A stretch of DNA of 64,000 bases from Squalus acanthias (taxonomy: Eukaryota): the NCBI GenBank assembly GCA_030390025.1, contig CM059432.1, positions 105,402,001-105,466,000 on the forward strand. The letters run 5' to 3'. Position numbers and translations under genes: made by a program. The number at the start of each line of letters is the position of its first letter. Positions within the stretch are counted from its first letter, which is position 1. Below are positions 63,505-64,000 of this stretch, in pieces. The notes under the pieces are model-generated. The model was not told where the DNA came from, searched no databases, and saw only the letters and a list, made by a program, of their open reading frames with translations.

Positions 63505-64000
63505 TAATTCCTGGGATGTGGGCGTCGCTGGCATGGCTAGCATTTATTGTCCATCCCTAATTGCCCTTGAGAAGGTGGTGGTGAGCTGCCTTCTTGAGCC
63601 ACTGCAGTCCGTGTGGTGAAGGTACTCCCACAGTGCTGTTAAGGAGGGAGTTCCAGGATTTTGACCCAGCGACGATGAAGGATCGGCGATATATTTCCAA
63701 GTCAAGATGGTGTGTGACTTGGAGGTGAACTTGGAGGTGATGGTGTTCCCATGCGCTTGTTGCCCTTGTCCTTCTAGGTGGTAGCGGGTTTGGGAGGTGC
63801 TGTCGAAGAAGCCTTGGCGAGTTGCTGCAATGCATCTTGTAGATGTTACACACTGCATCCACGGTGCGCTGGTGGTGGAGGGAGTGAATGTTTAAGGTGG
63901 TGGATGGGTTACCAATCAAACCAGCTGCTTTGTCCTGGGTGGTGTCGAGCTTCTTGAGTGTTGTTGGAGCTGCACTCATCCAGGCAAGTGGAAAGCATTC
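63505..64000 (-). mobile_element. CR1-clade family B 3' end
   Basis: ORF 63557-63979 ending HHHLLKGN; same tail as the other copies. Confidence 0.88.

Overview
Eukaryotic, repeat-saturated vertebrate DNA. The mix of CR1 LINEs, Deu-type tRNA-SINEs, Penelope elements and spliced Harbinger elements points to a cartilaginous fish (inference). No host gene can be called with confidence. The window is a nest of mobile elements. (i) About seven PIF/Harbinger transposons, each built as a convergent transposase plus spliced Myb/SANT gene pair; one is full length with 16-bp TIRs (49633-53818). Two Harbinger-type MITE families are also present. (ii) Many CR1-clade LINEs (one near full length, 2615-7150), one RTE-clade LINE, and a young Penelope (RT + GIY-YIG) insertion with a 10-bp TSD. 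(iii) A two-LTR element (12520-19159) with a tRNA-Leu PBS and PPT, no recognisable gag/pol, but a decayed envelope-like glycoprotein C-terminus; also a 1.68-kb solo LTR. (iv) Four minimal hammerhead-ribozyme motifs in Penelope-type 3' regions, with covarying stems. Boundaries without a TIR or TSD are approximate; family names come from motif recognition, not database searches.
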